Shown: piece after piece, positions 1-11,401 of the stretch
Position numbering within the stretch: position 1 is the first letter of the stretch
Layout of the letters: the number at the start of each line of letters is the position of its first letter
Origin: Hyphomicrobiales bacterium
Lineage (GTDB): Bacteria; Pseudomonadota; Alphaproteobacteria; Rhizobiales; Aestuariivirgaceae
Assembly (NCBI GenBank): GCA_016710435.1
Contig: JADJVV010000001.1
Span: 739,912 to 803,911, forward strand
Direction of reading: 5' to 3'
DNA length: 64,000 nucleotides
The notes under the pieces: model-generated
What the model saw: only the letters and a program-made list of their open reading frames with translations
Told to the model about the DNA's origin: nothing
Databases searched by the model: none
Position numbers and translations under genes: made by a program

Positions 1-788
1 AGCCACACGTCGTTTTCCATGAGGCCCGACTTGGTATTGTCGGCGGAATCCCAGAACTGCTTCACCCAGCTCTTGTGCTCGATGGCGAAGGCAAGGATCG
101 GGTCCCAAGCCTTCTTGAAGCTGTCTTCGTCCTTGTAGCCGTCCAGCATGCGGTTGGTCGCCATCTTGCCTTCGGCATCCCACCACAAGCCGATGGTCAG
201 CAGGAAGGAATGGCCGCGGCCCTGGGTGTGACCCTTCACGTCGTCTGCCCACAGCGAGCCATAGGAAAGCTTGCTCAGGTCGCCCTTGTAGAGATCAGTG
301 CGGAAGGACAGGGCTTCAGAACCCCAGCAGTGCGGCAAATGATGCAGGCCGTCTTCCCACTTCCACAGGTCTTCCGAAGCCTTCATCATGGACGGCAGGA
401 TGGCGCCCGTGTTCTTCAGCTTGTTCATGTCATAGGCTGCGGTGACGTCGATGTCCTTGAACTGCGGGGCGCGGTTCACGGTGGGCTGGCAGAGGTCGAA
501 GCCTTCGCCGCCGGTGGCCTGCAGCTTGTTGATCTGTTCTTCGTTCTGCGAGAACGGCGTCTGGTTCACCTTGATGCCGCTGGCCTTCTCGAAGTTCGGG
601 ATGACGTCCCCGGGGAATTCGTCCGACCACATCAGGAGATTGAGTTCGCCCGACGACGACAGCGCATTCTGCGACAGCAAGGGCGCAGCGAAGCCCATTG
701 CGCCCGTGGCAGCAGCAGCCTTCATCACCGTACGGCGCGAAAGCTGGGCAGCCTTCAGCAGCTCCATCGTGGATTTGGATTTGCTCAT
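1..788 (-). CDS. Extracellular solute-binding protein, PotD/spermidine-putrescine-like; 3' end runs off the window
   Basis: Hand translation from ATG 788 (GGAGG RBS upstream): MSKSKSTMELLKAAQLSRRTVMKAAAATG...GELNLLMWSDEFPGDVIPNFEKASGIKVNQTPFSQNEEQINKLQATGGEGFDLCQP. PotD-like N-terminus with a twin-arginine motif. Not in the ORF track because it has no stop inside the window. Confidence 0.8.
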   Translation of the reverse strand, partial: MSKSKSTMELLKAAQLSRRTVMKAAAATGAMGFAAPLLSQNALSSSGELNLLMWSDEFPGDVIPNFEKASGIKVNQTPFSQNEEQINKLQATGGEGFDLCQPTVNRAPQFKDIDVTAAYDMNKLKNTGAILPSMMKASEDLWKWEDGLHHLPHCWGSEALSFRTDLYKGDLSKLSYGSLWADDVKGHTQGRGHSFLLTIGLWWDAEGKMATNRMLDGYKDEDSFKKAWDPILAFAIEHKSWVKQFWDSADNTKSGLMENDVW

Positions 789-807
789 GTTTGTTCCTCC
801 AAACTGG

Positions 808-826
808 GATTGGCCCAATGCCAATC
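808..826. promoter_or_regulatory. 7-5-7 palindrome GATTGGC-CCAAT-GCCAATC, candidate operator of the binding-protein gene
   Basis: Perfect 7-bp inverted repeat 20-38 bp upstream of ATG 788. Confidence 0.4.
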
Positions 827-1006
827 GTAAACTCCCATAGGTCCGGTTAACCCGGTTTCTGGCTGAGTTATTCACACACTATGACGCCGATGTGACGTTC
901 CGGCAATGGGGTCGTTTTCACTGGCCCCAGCCCCTGACCCAGGTTGGCCCAAGGGCATTCCCCCCGGTGTGGCGAGGGGCATCCGGACGGCCTTGTCCAA
1001 CGGGCG

Positions 1007-2209
1007 CTAGGACTTGTTCTTGAAATAGACGTCCAGGAACACGGCCAGCAGCAGGACCGCGCCCTTGATGACGAACTGCCAGTCGATGCCGATGCCCATG
1101 ATCGACATGCCGTTGTTCATGACGCCGATGATGAAGGCCCCGATGACGGCGCCCACGATCTTGCCGACGCCGCCCGTCACCGCCGCCCCGCCGATGAAGC
1201 AGGCCGCGATCACTTCCAGTTCGAAGCCCGCCCCCGCCTTCGGTGTCGCCACGTTGAGGCGGGCCGCGAAGATGAGGCCGCCCAGGCCAGCCAGCGCCCC
1301 CATGACGACAAAGATCAGGAAGGTCAGCTTCTCGGTATTGATGCCGGAGAGCTTGGTCGCCTTTTCATTGCCACCCATGGCATAGATGCGCCGCCCGAAG
1401 GTTGTCCGCGTGGTGATGAACACGAACAGCGCGATGAGCGCGAACATGACGATCAGCACGTTGGGCAGGCCCTTGTACTGCGCCATGAGGAAGGTGAAGC
1501 CCAGAAGCGCCACGGCGATGAGCAGGTTGCGGCCGAGGAAGATGACATCCGGTTCCTCGGCAACGCCATGCGCCTGCTGGCTGCGCCGCTCCTTCACGTT
1601 GAAATAGATGATCAGCGCCGTCACGGCCGCACCGATCAGCAGCGCCACGAAATTGAACGGGCCGCCCGCGAAAGTCAGCGCCAGGCCGTCCGGCACGAAG
1701 CCGGACGAGAGCAACTGGAACTCCTTGGGAAACGGACCGACCGAAGCGCCGCCCAGCACCGTGAGCGCGAGGCCCTTGAAGATCAGCATGCCGGCAAGCG
1801 TCACGATGAAGGCCGGTATCTTGTAGTAGGCGACGAAATACCCCTGCGTTCCGCCGATCAACGCGCCGAGCGCGATGCAGGCGATCGAGGTGGAGAATGG
1901 ATCGAGTTTCCAGTTGACCATCATCACCGCCGCGACGGCGCCGATGAATCCCGAGACGGACCCCACCGACAGGTCGATATGCCCCGCCACGATGATCAGC
2001 AGCATGCCCAGCGCCATGATGACGATGTAGCTGTTCTGCAGGATGAGGTTCGTCATGTTCACCGGCTTGAACAACGTGCCGTTGGTGGTGAACTGGAAGA
2101 AGATCATGATGGCGAGCAGCGACAGCAGCAAGGCATAGTCGCGGATGTTGGCCTTCACGAAGCGCAGGAGATCCGGCTTGGGCAGGGCGGGGGTGGCGGC
2201 GTCGCTCAT
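1007..2209 (-). CDS. gguB: Multiple-monosaccharide ABC transporter permease (GguB/MmsB)
   Basis: Polytopic membrane protein with [24 protein letters not shown] and [12 protein letters not shown] motifs. ATG 2209 overlaps the gguA stop (ATGA). Confidence 0.9.
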   Translation of the reverse strand: MSDAATPALPKPDLLRFVKANIRDYALLLSLLAIMIFFQFTTNGTLFKPVNMTNLILQNSYIVIMALGMLLIIVAGHIDLSVGSVSGFIGAVAAVMMVNWKLDPFSTSIACIALGALIGGTQGYFVAYYKIPAFIVTLAGMLIFKGLALTVLGGASVGPFPKEFQLLSSGFVPDGLALTFAGGPFNFVALLIGAAVTALIIYFNVKERRSQQAHGVAEEPDVIFLGRNLLIAVALLGFTFLMAQYKGLPNVLIVMFALIALFVFITTRTTFGRRIYAMGGNEKATKLSGINTEKLTFLIFVVMGALAGLGGLIFAARLNVATPKAGAGFELEVIAACFIGGAAVTGGVGKIVGAVIGAFIIGVMNNGMSIMGIGIDWQFVIKGAVLLLAVFLDVYFKNKS

Positions 2210-3747
2210 TGTGAAGTGTCCCATGATTTCATGATGGCCCGCATGATCTTTTCCTGGCTGGCGTCCCTGGCAGGCATTTCGGCAACAAATCGGCCTTCGT
2301 TCATGACGTAGATGCGGTCCGAGATGCCGAGCAGTTCCGGCATTTCAGAGGAGATCACGATCACCGCCTTGCCGCTTTCGGCGAGCTGGTTGATGATTTC
2401 GTAGATTTCATACTTGGCGCCGACGTCGATGCCGCGCGTCGGCTCGTCGAGGATCAGGACCTCGGGCCCCGAGAACAGCCACTTCGACAGCACCACCTTC
2501 TGCTGGTTGCCGCCCGAGAGGTTGACTGTCGTCTGGAACACGCCGGAACAACGGATGCCCAGGTCCTTGCGGTACTTGTTGGCTACCGAAAGCTCGTGCA
2601 GGTCGTTGATGACGCCGCGGCTCGACACGCCTTCGAGATTGGCCAGCGTGACGTTGTGCTTGATGTGGTCGATGAGCACGAGGCCATAGGTCTTTCGGTC
2701 CTCGGTGGCATAGGCGAGGCCCGCGTCCATGGCGCGGGGGATCGTCGAGACATCGATGGGCTTTCCGTGCAGCTTCACCTCGCCGGTGATCTTCTGGCCA
2801 TAGGCGCGGCCGAACACCGACATGGCAAGTTCCGTGCGCCCTGCCCCCATCAGCCCCGCGATGCCGACGACTTCGCCCGCCTTCACATGGAAGCTGACAT
2901 TCTTGATCATCTGCCGGTCGGCATGAAGCGCGTGATAGACGCTCCAGTCGTTCACCTCGAAGATCGGATGGCCGATCTTGGCGTGACGCGGCGGGAAGCG
3001 GTCGGTGAGTTCACGGCCGACCATGGCTTTGATGATGCGGTCCTCGTCCACGGTGCCCGTGCGGGCATCCAGCGTGTCCACCGTCATGCCGTCGCGCAAC
3101 ACCGTGATGCGGTCCGCGACCTTGGTGACTTCATTCAGCTTGTGGGTGATGAGAATCGAGGAAATGCCCTGCGCCCGGAAACCCTTGAGCAATTCGAGGA
3201 GCGCGTTGGAATCGGTCTCGTTGAGACTGGACGTGGGTTCGTCCAGGATCAGCAGCTTCACCTTCTTGTTCAGCGCCTTGGCAATCTCGACGAGTTGCTG
3301 CTTGCCGGTGCCGATGTTGGTGATGAGCGTGTTGGGATGTTCCTTCAGCCCGACCTTGTCGAGGAGTTCGCGCGTGCGGGCAAAGGCTTCATACCAGTTG
3401 ATGACGCCGCGTGTCGCCGGCTCATGACCGAGGAAGATGTTTTCCGCAATCGAAAGGAGCGGCACCAGCGCCAGCTCCTGATGGATGATGATGATGCCGG
3501 TGTTCTCGCTGTCGGCAATGGTGTGGAAGCGCCGCTCGGCGCCTTCGAACTGGATGGCGCCCTCATAGCTGCCCGCCGGATAGACACCCGACAGCACCTT
3601 CATCAGCGTCGACTTGCCGGCCCCGTTCTCGCCCACCACGGCATGGATTTCCCCCGGCATGACCGAGAGATTGACGTTCGTCAGCGCTTTCACGCCGGGA
3701 AACGTCTTGGTGATGTCCTTCATTTCAAGGATCGGCTGCATGCCCAT
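2206..3747 (-). CDS. gguA: Multiple-monosaccharide ABC transporter ATP-binding protein (GguA/MmsA)
   Basis: Two ABC domains: [38 protein letters not shown]. Start placed at ATG 3747 after GGAGG. Confidence 0.9.
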   Translation of the reverse strand: MGMQPILEMKDITKTFPGVKALTNVNLSVMPGEIHAVVGENGAGKSTLMKVLSGVYPAGSYEGAIQFEGAERRFHTIADSENTGIIIIHQELALVPLLSIAENIFLGHEPATRGVINWYEAFARTRELLDKVGLKEHPNTLITNIGTGKQQLVEIAKALNKKVKLLILDEPTSSLNETDSNALLELLKGFRAQGISSILITHKLNEVTKVADRITVLRDGMTVDTLDARTGTVDEDRIIKAMVGRELTDRFPPRHAKIGHPIFEVNDWSVYHALHADRQMIKNVSFHVKAGEVVGIAGLMGAGRTELAMSVFGRAYGQKITGEVKLHGKPIDVSTIPRAMDAGLAYATEDRKTYGLVLIDHIKHNVTLANLEGVSSRGVINDLHELSVANKYRKDLGIRCSGVFQTTVNLSGGNQQKVVLSKWLFSGPEVLILDEPTRGIDVGAKYEIYEIINQLAESGKAVIVISSEMPELLGISDRIYVMNEGRFVAEMPARDASQEKIMRAIMKSWDTSQ

Positions 3748-3852
3748 CCCGGTCCTCCCACCCCTGCAGCGCGTCCGGCCATCCGGCGGACCAGCTTTGC
3801 GCCGCATCTTGCGCTGTTTGCATCTTGCGTGCTTCGCGCAACGCTACACATG

Positions 3853-3889
3853 AAAAGGCGGGCCCCGCAAGTGAACTTGCAGGGCCCGC
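3853..3889 (-). terminator. Stem-loop with U-tract between chvE and gguA (terminator/attenuating or mRNA-stabilising hairpin)
   Basis: On the minus strand: GCGGGCCCTGCAAG-TTCA-CTTGCGGGGCCCGC followed by CTTTT. Confidence 0.7.
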
Positions 3890-3901
3890 TTCCATGACGT
3901 C

Positions 3902-4969
3902 TTACTTCAGGTCGTCGGCCTTGATGTAGCCCGAGTCGACGAGGAGCTTCTGGATGTCGTCCTTGCCCACGTCATGCGGCGTGAGGAGATAGGACGGTAC
4001 AACCTTGACTTCGTTGTTGTAGGTCTTGGTGTCGTTGATTTCGGGTTCCTTGCCCTGCAGCACGGAGTCCACCATCTTGGCCGTGACCTTGGCGAGTTCG
4101 CGCGTGTCCTTGAACACGGTCGAATACTGTTCGCCGGCCATCATGCCCTTGACCGACGGCACTTCGGCGTCCTGGCCGGTGACGATCGGCATTTCGGCGC
4201 CCGGTGCATAACCCACGCCCTTGAGCGACGAGATGATGCCGCGCGACAGGCCGTCATAAGGGGCGAGAACACCGTGGACCTTCTTGTCGGTGTAGTTGGC
4301 CGACAGCAGGTTATCCATGCGGGCCTGCGCCACGGCGCCGTCCCAGCGCAGCGTGCCGACCTTGTCCATGCCCATCTGGCCCGACGGGATGACGATGTCA
4401 CCCGAGTCGATCAGCGGCTTCAGCACCGACATGGCGCCGTCGTAGAAGTAGAAGGCGTTGGTGTCGTCCGGCGAACCGCCGAACAGCTCGACGTTCCACG
4501 GCTTCACGCTCGGGAAGCGCTCCTTGAGGCCCTTCACCAGCGAGTTGGCCTGCAGCACGCCCACGCCGAAGTTGTCGAACGTGGTGTAGTAGTCAACGTC
4601 GCCCGTCTTGGTGATCAGGCGGTCATAGGCGAACACCTTGGCGCCGGCTTCGTGGGCCTTCTTGAGGATGTCCGAGAGCGTGGAGCCGTCGATCGCGGCA
4701 ATGATCAGGACCTTGGCGCCCTTGGTGACCATGTTCTCGATCTGGGCGAGCTGGTTGGGAATGTCATCTTCACCATACTGGAGATCGGTGTCGTAGCCGA
4801 GCGCGGTGAATTCCTTCACCATGGATTCACCGTCGGAAATCCAGCGCGTCGACGACTTCGTCGGCATGGAGATGCCGATCAGGCCCTTGCCTTCGGCCAA
4901 TGCCGGGCCAGCCGCGGCGATGACGGCAGCGGCAACGGTTGCCATCATGAAATGTCTGCGGTTTGTCAC
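3902..4969 (-). CDS. chvE: Multiple-monosaccharide-binding periplasmic protein ChvE/SbpA
   Basis: [54 protein letters not shown] match ChvE; GTG start after GGAGG; order chvE-gguA-gguB. Confidence 0.9.
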   Translation of the reverse strand: MTNRRHFMMATVAAAVIAAAGPALAEGKGLIGISMPTKSSTRWISDGESMVKEFTALGYDTDLQYGEDDIPNQLAQIENMVTKGAKVLIIAAIDGSTLSDILKKAHEAGAKVFAYDRLITKTGDVDYYTTFDNFGVGVLQANSLVKGLKERFPSVKPWNVELFGGSPDDTNAFYFYDGAMSVLKPLIDSGDIVIPSGQMGMDKVGTLRWDGAVAQARMDNLLSANYTDKKVHGVLAPYDGLSRGIISSLKGVGYAPGAEMPIVTGQDAEVPSVKGMMAGEQYSTVFKDTRELAKVTAKMVDSVLQGKEPEINDTKTYNNEVKVVPSYLLTPHDVGKDDIQKLLVDSGYIKADDLK

Positions 4970-5071
4970 GAGTAGTCCTCCCTGAAAGAGCCGCTGTGCC
5001 TGGCCCTATGCCGGGCTTGCGCGGTTCTTGAGGCCGGACCTTAGTGGCACGTCAAAAACTGATCAAGAATT

Positions 5072-5105
5072 TTGTATGACAAATAGCCCGTCCCTTGTAT
5101 GACAA
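5072..5105. promoter_or_regulatory. Two copies of palindrome TTGTATGACAA (5072-5082, 5095-5105), FadR/GntR-type operators
   Basis: TTGT-N3-ACAA twice, 23 bp apart, in the divergent chvE/regulator intergenic region. Confidence 0.7.
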
Positions 5106-5134
5106 TTGCGAAGGGACAATTGCGGCAGCGCAAC

Positions 5135-5860
5135 ATGAGCGGCAGAGGCAAGACCAGGTCCAGCGGCAACGTTCACGCCAAGATCGAACGCGCCATCGGC
5201 GAGCGCATCCTCAGTGGCGAGTTCACGCCGGGCGCACTCCTGCCCAACGAGGCGGAGTGGGGACGGACCTATGACGCCAGCCGCACCGCCGTGCGCGAAG
5301 CCATCAAGAGCCTCACCGCCAAGGGCCTGATCCAGTCCCGCCCCAAGATCGGCTCGCGCGTGGAGCCCCGGACCCGCTGGAACATGTTGGACCGCGACGT
5401 GCTGGCCTGGCACCGCGCCGCCATGGACCGCAAGGCCTTCCTCGCCTCCACCCAGGAAGCCCGCCGTCTCGTCGAGCCCGGCATCGCCGAACTCGCCGCG
5501 CGCAAGCACACGCCCCTGCAACTGGAGCGCCTCGCCGCGGCCTGCCACGGCATGGCGACGGCGAGTGAAGCCCAGGCGATGGTGGCCGCCGACGTGGAAT
5601 TCCACGAGGCCCTGCTGGCCTGCGCCAACAACGAACTTCTGGTGCCCTTCTCCATCATCATCGAACAGGCGCTGACCAACCTGTTCGATTACACCACCCG
5701 CAAGAACCCCCATTTCAACCGCGCCCTGAAACTGCACCAGAACATCGTCCGCGCCGTGACCGCCGCTGACGGCCCCGCCGCCCGCAAGGCCATGCTGGAC
5801 CTGCTGGCCGACACCGACACCATCATCAAGGTCTATCCCGCCCCCCGGAAAAAGCGTTAA
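5135..5860 (+). CDS. FadR/GntR-family transcriptional regulator (DgoR-like)
   Basis: wHTH LLPNEAEWGRTYDASRTAVREAIKSLTAKGLIQSRPKIGSRV plus FCD domain (ADVEFHEALL, NELL, LHQNIVRAV). Start set at ATG 5135; the track start is 5099. Confidence 0.88.
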   Translation: MSGRGKTRSSGNVHAKIERAIGERILSGEFTPGALLPNEAEWGRTYDASRTAVREAIKSLTAKGLIQSRPKIGSRVEPRTRWNMLDRDVLAWHRAAMDRKAFLASTQEARRLVEPGIAELAARKHTPLQLERLAAACHGMATASEAQAMVAADVEFHEALLACANNELLVPFSIIIEQALTNLFDYTTRKNPHFNRALKLHQNIVRAVTAADGPAARKAMLDLLADTDTIIKVYPAPRKKR

Positions 5861-5935
5861 CGGGTTGCACAACCGCAGGGGTGACGGGGCTTGGCTGTTC
5901 TGCTATCTCGCAGCCGCGAAACAGCGGGAAAAGCC

Positions 5936-6529
5936 ATGCGCACAGCCACCATCAGCCGCAAGACAACCGAAACCGGCATCACCTGCACGGTCAACCTGGA
6001 CGGCACCGGCACCTATGACGTGAAGACGGGCGTCGGCTTCTTCGACCACATGATGGAGCAACTGGCCCGCCATTCTCTCATGGACATCACCCTCAAGGCC
6101 ACGGGCGACCTGCACATTGACGCCCACCACACGGTGGAGGATTCGGGCATTGCCCTGGGCCAGGCCGTGGCCAAGGCCCTGGGCGACCGCAAGGGCATCC
6201 GCCGCTACGCCTCCTGCGACCTGCCCATGGACGAAACCCTGACCCGCGTCGCCATCGACGTCTCGGGCCGTCCCTTCCTCGTCTTCAATTGCGAGTATCC
6301 GCGCGACAAGATCGGCGACTTCGACACAGAACTGGTGCGCGAATGGTTCCAGGCCTTTGCCATGAACGCAGGCATCACGCTGCACCTCGAGAACACTGCG
6401 GGCGGCAACGCCCACCACATCGCCGAGTCCAGCTTCAAGGCGCTGGCGCGCTCGCTCCGCGACGCCCTTGAAATCGATCCGCGCCAGAAGGATCGCATTC
6501 CCTCCACCAAGGGGTCGCTCGCCGGATGA
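5936..6529 (+). CDS. hisB: Imidazoleglycerol-phosphate dehydratase
   Basis: [38 protein letters not shown]. Confidence 0.96.
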   Translation: MRTATISRKTTETGITCTVNLDGTGTYDVKTGVGFFDHMMEQLARHSLMDITLKATGDLHIDAHHTVEDSGIALGQAVAKALGDRKGIRRYASCDLPMDETLTRVAIDVSGRPFLVFNCEYPRDKIGDFDTELVREWFQAFAMNAGITLHLENTAGGNAHHIAESSFKALARSLRDALEIDPRQKDRIPSTKGSLAG

Positions 6530-7179
6530 TGAAGACCGTCATCATCGACTACGGCTCCGGCAACCTCCACTCGGCCCTCAAGGCCTTCGAGCGCGCCGCG
6601 GCGGACAACGGCATCAAGGGCAAGATCATCGTCAGCAACAAGGCCGACGAGGTGGCGACCGCCGACCGCATCGTGCTGCCGGGCGTCGGTGCCTTCAAGG
6701 ATTGCCGCGACGGCCTGAATGCCGTGGAGGGCATGCGCGAGGTTCTGCAACAGCAGGTGATCGCGCGCGGCCGCCCATTCCTCGGCATTTGCGTCGGCAT
6801 GCAGTTGATGGCCACGCGCGGGCTGGAACACCAGACGACGCAAGGCCTGGGATGGGTGGCGGGCGACGTGGTGCGCATCACCCCCGATGACCCCGCCCTG
6901 AAGATCCCGCACATGGGCTGGAACACGCTGAAGCTCCACTCCGGCCATCCCGTGATGCAGGACATCGCCACGGGCGAAAGTGGCCTGCACGCCTATTTCG
7001 TACACTCCTATCACCTCCAGCCAACGCTGCCGGAAGACCTGATCGCCACGACCGATTACGGCGGCGCCGTCACCGCGATCGTCGGCTATGAAAATCTGGT
7101 GGGCACGCAATTCCATCCCGAGAAGAGCCAGGAACTGGGCCTCCGCCTCATCGCCAATTTCCTGCGCTGGAAGCCCTGA
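6526..7179 (+). CDS. hisH: Imidazole glycerol phosphate synthase, glutaminase subunit
   Basis: [36 protein letters not shown]. Confidence 0.96.
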   Translation: MMKTVIIDYGSGNLHSALKAFERAAADNGIKGKIIVSNKADEVATADRIVLPGVGAFKDCRDGLNAVEGMREVLQQQVIARGRPFLGICVGMQLMATRGLEHQTTQGLGWVAGDVVRITPDDPALKIPHMGWNTLKLHSGHPVMQDIATGESGLHAYFVHSYHLQPTLPEDLIATTDYGGAVTAIVGYENLVGTQFHPEKSQELGLRLIANFLRWKP

Positions 7180-7910
7180 TGATCCTCTTTCCCGCCATCG
7201 ACCTGAAGGACGGCAAGTGCGTGCGCCTGAAGCTGGGCGACATGAACCAGGCCACCATCTACAACGAGGATCCCGCCGCGCAGGCACGCGACTTCGAGCA
7301 GCAGGGATTCCGCTGGCTGCATGTGGTCGATCTCAACGGTGCCTTCGCCGGACAATCGGTGAATGGTGCCGCAGTGGAAGCGATCATCAAGGCGACGAAA
7401 AATCCTGTGCAACTGGGTGGCGGCATCCGTACGCTGGCCCACATCGAAAGCTGGTTGTCGAAAGGGCTTGCCCGCGTCATCCTCGGCACCATCGCCGTAC
7501 GTGATCCGGCCTTGGTGAAGGAAGCCTGCCGCCTTTTCCCCGGCAAGGTTGCCGTCGGCATTGATGCCAAGGGCGGCAAGGTGGCGGTCGAAGGCTGGGC
7601 CGAGGCCTCCTCGCTCGGCGTCATCGAAATGGCGCGGACCTTCGAAGGCGCGGGCGTCGCCGCCATCATCTACACCGACATCGACCGCGACGGCGTGCTC
7701 ACCGGCATCAACTGGGATGCTACCATCGCGCTCTCCAATGCCGTCTCCATTCCGGTGATTGCCTCGGGCGGGCTTGCCTCGCTCGCCGACATTCGCCGCA
7801 TGGTGCAACCTGACGCCTGCAATCTCGCAGGCGCCATCACCGGCCGCGCCCTCTACGACGGACGCATCAATGCAGGCGAAGCCCTGAAACTCATCGCGGA
7901 GGCCACATGA
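7179..7910 (+). CDS. hisA: ProFAR isomerase
   Basis: [39 protein letters not shown]. Confidence 0.96.
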   Translation: MILFPAIDLKDGKCVRLKLGDMNQATIYNEDPAAQARDFEQQGFRWLHVVDLNGAFAGQSVNGAAVEAIIKATKNPVQLGGGIRTLAHIESWLSKGLARVILGTIAVRDPALVKEACRLFPGKVAVGIDAKGGKVAVEGWAEASSLGVIEMARTFEGAGVAAIIYTDIDRDGVLTGINWDATIALSNAVSIPVIASGGLASLADIRRMVQPDACNLAGAITGRALYDGRINAGEALKLIAEAT

Positions 7911-8656
7911 CAAAAGTGATGCTCATCACCGGCGGCAGCCGTGGCATCGGGGCGGCGACGGCGCGCATGGCGGCAAGCCGCGGCTACCGTGTGGTCGTGA
8001 ATTATGTCGCCGACCGCGCCGCAGCCGAAGCCCTGTGCGAGGACATCCGCAGCGATGGCGGCATGGCGCTGGCCTTCCAGGGCGACATGGCAAAGCTCGG
8101 CGACATCGAGCGCCTGTTCCGCCAAACAATCCTCAGCTTCGGTGCCATTGATGTCGTCGTGAACAATGCCGGCATCACTGGCAAGTCGAGCCGCCTCGAT
8201 CAGGCCGACCCGCAGGTGATCGCCGATACCATCGCCATCAACACCACGGGCGCCATCTACGTGGCGCGCGAGGCGGTGAAACACCTTTCGACGCGAAACG
8301 GCGGCAAGGGCGGCGTCATCGTCAACATTTCCTCCGCCGCCGCCCTGCTGGGCAGCCCCGGTGAATATGTCTGGTATGCCGCCAGCAAGGGCGCCATCGA
8401 TTCCCTGACGACCGGCCTCGCCAAGGAAGTGGCGATGGAGGGCGTGCGGGTCGTCTCCGTGACGCCGGGCATGACCGAAACCGAAATCCATGAGCGCTCC
8501 ACCGGCGATGCCGCCCGTGTCGAACGCATCCGCCCCGGCATTCCCATGCAGCGCATTGGCAAGGCGGAGGAAATGGCGGAAGCCATTCTCTTCCTCGCCA
8601 GCGATGCCGCAAGCTACATCACGGGCACGACATTGCGCGTGGCGGGAGGCCGCTGA
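7907..8656 (+). CDS. Short-chain dehydrogenase/reductase (classical SDR)
   Basis: [21 protein letters not shown] (YxxxK), [18 protein letters not shown]. Confidence 0.9.
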   Translation: MTKVMLITGGSRGIGAATARMAASRGYRVVVNYVADRAAAEALCEDIRSDGGMALAFQGDMAKLGDIERLFRQTILSFGAIDVVVNNAGITGKSSRLDQADPQVIADTIAINTTGAIYVAREAVKHLSTRNGGKGGVIVNISSAAALLGSPGEYVWYAASKGAIDSLTTGLAKEVAMEGVRVVSVTPGMTETEIHERSTGDAARVERIRPGIPMQRIGKAEEMAEAILFLASDAASYITGTTLRVAGGR

Positions 8657-9426
8657 TGCTGAAGATGCGTGTCATCCCCTGCCTCGATGTGAAGGACGGG
8701 CGCGTCGTCAAGGGCGTGAACTTCGTGAACCTCGTCGATGCCGGCGATCCCGTGGAAGCAGCCAAGGCCTATGACAAGGCCGGCGCCGATGAACTCTGCT
8801 TCCTCGATATCACGGCCACCCACGAAGGCCGCGGCATCATGCTCGACGTGGTGACACGCACCGCCGAAGCCTGCTTCATGCCGCTCACCGTGGGTGGCGG
8901 CGTGCGCACACTCGAAGATATTCGCGCCCTTTTGCTGGCGGGCGCGGACAAGGTCTCGATCAATTCCGCCGCCGTCGCCAACCGTCAATTCGTCAAGGAC
9001 GCGGCCGGGAAGTTCGGCAGCCAGTGCATTGTCGTCGCCATCGACGCCAAGGAAGTCTCGCCCGGAAAATACGAAATCTTCACCCATGGCGGGCGCAAGG
9101 AAACCGGCATCGACGCCGTGCAATTCGCCCGCGAGGTGGAAGCACTTGGAGCAGGCGAAATCCTGCTCACCTCCATGGACCGCGACGGCACCGGCAAGGG
9201 CTTCAACCTCGCCCTTACCCGCGCCATCGCCGATGCTGTGACCATCCCCGTGATCGCCTCGGGTGGTGTAGGCACGCTCGACCACTTGGCCGAAGGTATA
9301 ACGGAAGGCCACGCCACGGCGGTGCTCGCCGCCTCGATTTTCCACTTCGGAACCTTTACGATTGCCCAGGCAAAGGAAGCCATGGCGAAGGCGGGGATAC
9401 CCGTCCGCATGGCAGCGGGTTCGTGA
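8656..9426 (+). CDS. hisF: Imidazole glycerol phosphate synthase, cyclase subunit
   Basis: [44 protein letters not shown]. Confidence 0.96.
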   Translation: MLKMRVIPCLDVKDGRVVKGVNFVNLVDAGDPVEAAKAYDKAGADELCFLDITATHEGRGIMLDVVTRTAEACFMPLTVGGGVRTLEDIRALLLAGADKVSINSAAVANRQFVKDAAGKFGSQCIVVAIDAKEVSPGKYEIFTHGGRKETGIDAVQFAREVEALGAGEILLTSMDRDGTGKGFNLALTRAIADAVTIPVIASGGVGTLDHLAEGITEGHATAVLAASIFHFGTFTIAQAKEAMAKAGIPVRMAAGS

Positions 9427-9752
9427 TGACAACATTCAGCCAGCTGGAAATTCTCGCCAAGGAGATTGAGGCCAAGGCCTTCTCTTCCCCCGACTCTTCC
9501 TATACCGCGAAGCTGCTCTCCAGGGGCGTGGACAAATGCGCCAAGAAACTGGGCGAGGAAGCGGTGGAACTGGTGATCGCCGCCGTTGAGAAGAACAAGG
9601 CCGAGGTCACGAAAGAAGCCGCCGATGTTCTCTATCACCTGCTGGTGCTGCTGCAGGCCGCCGGCGTGTCGCCATCGGCCGTGATGGACGAGTTGAAGCG
9701 TCGCGAAGGCACCTCGGGCCTCGCGGAAAAGGCAAGCCGCCCGCATGATTGA
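9426..9752 (+). CDS. hisE: Phosphoribosyl-ATP diphosphatase
   Basis: [40 protein letters not shown] 9426 overlaps the hisF stop. Confidence 0.93.
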   Translation: MTTFSQLEILAKEIEAKAFSSPDSSYTAKLLSRGVDKCAKKLGEEAVELVIAAVEKNKAEVTKEAADVLYHLLVLLQAAGVSPSAVMDELKRREGTSGLAEKASRPHD

Positions 9753-10707
9753 CCTCGCCGAGGACTTCGCCCGCGAAGTCTCTCCTTTCCGCCGCTTCTC
9801 GCGCAGCGAATGGGCCGAACTCCGCGCCGACACGCCCATGACGCTGACCAGCGCCGACCTCGACGAGGTGCGCTCGCTCAACGACAAGATCGACCTTGCG
9901 GAAGTGGAGGCAGTGTATCTGCCGCTGTCGCGCCTGCTCAATCTTTATGTGCAGGCCAGCCAGAAGCTGTTCCACGCCTCCAACCAGTTCCTCCACATCC
10001 GCGATCTGAAGGTGCCCTATGTGATCGGCATCGCGGGCAGCGTCTCCAGCGGCAAGAGCACCACGGCGCGCATCCTCCGCCGGCTGTTGTCGCGCTGGCC
10101 GTCGCATCCGAAGGTGGACCTTGTCACCACTGATGGTTTCCTCCTGCCCAACGCCGTGCTCGACCGTGAGGGCCTGATGCAGCGCAAGGGCTTCCCCGAG
10201 TCCTACGACCTCCAGCGCATCCTCCGCTTCATGTCCGACATCAAGTCCGGCGAGCGCGATGTGGAAGCGCCGGTCTATTCGCATCTCACCTATGACGTGA
10301 TCCCCGGCCAGACGCAGGTGGTGGACCAGCCCGACATCCTCATCGTCGAAGGCATCAACGTGCTGCAGACGGGCCGCCCGCCCCGCGATGGCCGCGGCAT
10401 TCCCAACACCTCCGACTTCTTCGATTTCTCGATCTTCATCGACGCCGAAGAATCCGACCTGAAGAGCTGGTACATCGAGCGCTTTTTCACCCTGCGGAGC
10501 GGCGCCTTCCAGAACCCCAGGTCCTACTTCCACCGCTACGCCAAGCTGAGCGACGACGAGGCGCGCGATACAGCAACGCGCATCTGGAACGCCATCAACC
10601 TGGTGAACCTGAAAGAAAACATCCTCCCCACCCGCCCCCGCGCCGACCTGGTGCTGCGCAAGGGCACCGACCACATGGTCCGGAGCGTCTTCCTGCGAAG
10701 GCTGTAG
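9745..10707 (+). CDS. coaA: Type I pantothenate kinase
   Basis: [45 protein letters not shown]. Confidence 0.95.
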   Translation: MIDLAEDFAREVSPFRRFSRSEWAELRADTPMTLTSADLDEVRSLNDKIDLAEVEAVYLPLSRLLNLYVQASQKLFHASNQFLHIRDLKVPYVIGIAGSVSSGKSTTARILRRLLSRWPSHPKVDLVTTDGFLLPNAVLDREGLMQRKGFPESYDLQRILRFMSDIKSGERDVEAPVYSHLTYDVIPGQTQVVDQPDILIVEGINVLQTGRPPRDGRGIPNTSDFFDFSIFIDAEESDLKSWYIERFFTLRSGAFQNPRSYFHRYAKLSDDEARDTATRIWNAINLVNLKENILPTRPRADLVLRKGTDHMVRSVFLRRL

Positions 10708-10794
10708 GGGAAGCTGTTCAACGTCAACCTGCTTGCTTTGCGTTCCGGGCGGGCGACATGCTAACCAAGGGAAAAACAGGGGCTCACGCACATC

Positions 10795-11310
10795 ATGCCG
10801 ATCGGAAAACCATCCTATTCCTACGAAGAAATTCTGGCCTGTGGGCGGGGCGAGTTGTTTGGCCCCGGCAACGCGCAGCTTCCGTTGCCGCCCATGCTGA
10901 TGTTCGACCGCATCACCGAGATCAGCAAGGATGGCGGCTCGTCGGGGCTGGGCAAGGTCGTCGCCGAATTCGACATCAAGCCCGATCTCTGGTTCTTCCC
11001 CTGCCATTTCCAGGGCGACCCCGTGATGCCCGGCTGCCTCGGTCTCGATGCGCTGTGGCAGTTGACGGGCTTCTTCCTCGGCTGGCTGGGCGAACCCGGC
11101 AAGGGCCGTGCCCTCGGCGTGGGCGAAGTGAAGTTCACCGGCATGGTGACGCCCAAGGTCAAGACCGTGACCTATGAGGTCGATGTCACCCGCCTGATCC
11201 TCCGCAAGCTGAAGCTCGCCGTCGCCAACGGCGTGATGAAAGCCGATGGCGAACCCATCTATCAGGTGACCGACATGAAGGTCGGCCTGTTCCAGCCGGA
11301 AGCCAAGTAG
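10795..11310 (+). CDS. fabA: 3-hydroxyacyl-ACP dehydratase/isomerase
   Basis: [31 protein letters not shown]. Confidence 0.95.
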   Translation: MPIGKPSYSYEEILACGRGELFGPGNAQLPLPPMLMFDRITEISKDGGSSGLGKVVAEFDIKPDLWFFPCHFQGDPVMPGCLGLDALWQLTGFFLGWLGEPGKGRALGVGEVKFTGMVTPKVKTVTYEVDVTRLILRKLKLAVANGVMKADGEPIYQVTDMKVGLFQPEAK

Positions 11311-11325
11311 GGGACGGCCCCTTTT
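11309..11325 (+). terminator. Short GC hairpin + T-run after fabA (possible weak terminator)
   Basis: AGGGG-ACGG-CCCCT-TTT. Confidence 0.35.
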
Positions 11326-11401
11326 AACGCATGGAATGGCCCGCGCCGTCCTGCTAGAAGACGGTGAAGACCGGTTCATTGTTCCACGGAGTGTGAAGAG
11401 A

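Noticed and set aside
5101-5125. Direct repeat GACAATTGCG x2
   Set aside because: Overlaps the second operator; only two 10-bp copies; no independent function can be supported
11310-11321. GGGG-ACGG-CCCC hairpin resembling a guanidine-II (mini-ykkC) ACGR loop
   Set aside because: That riboswitch needs two ACGR hairpins and usually precedes SMR transporters. Only one hairpin is present, it precedes fabB and it is followed by a T-run.
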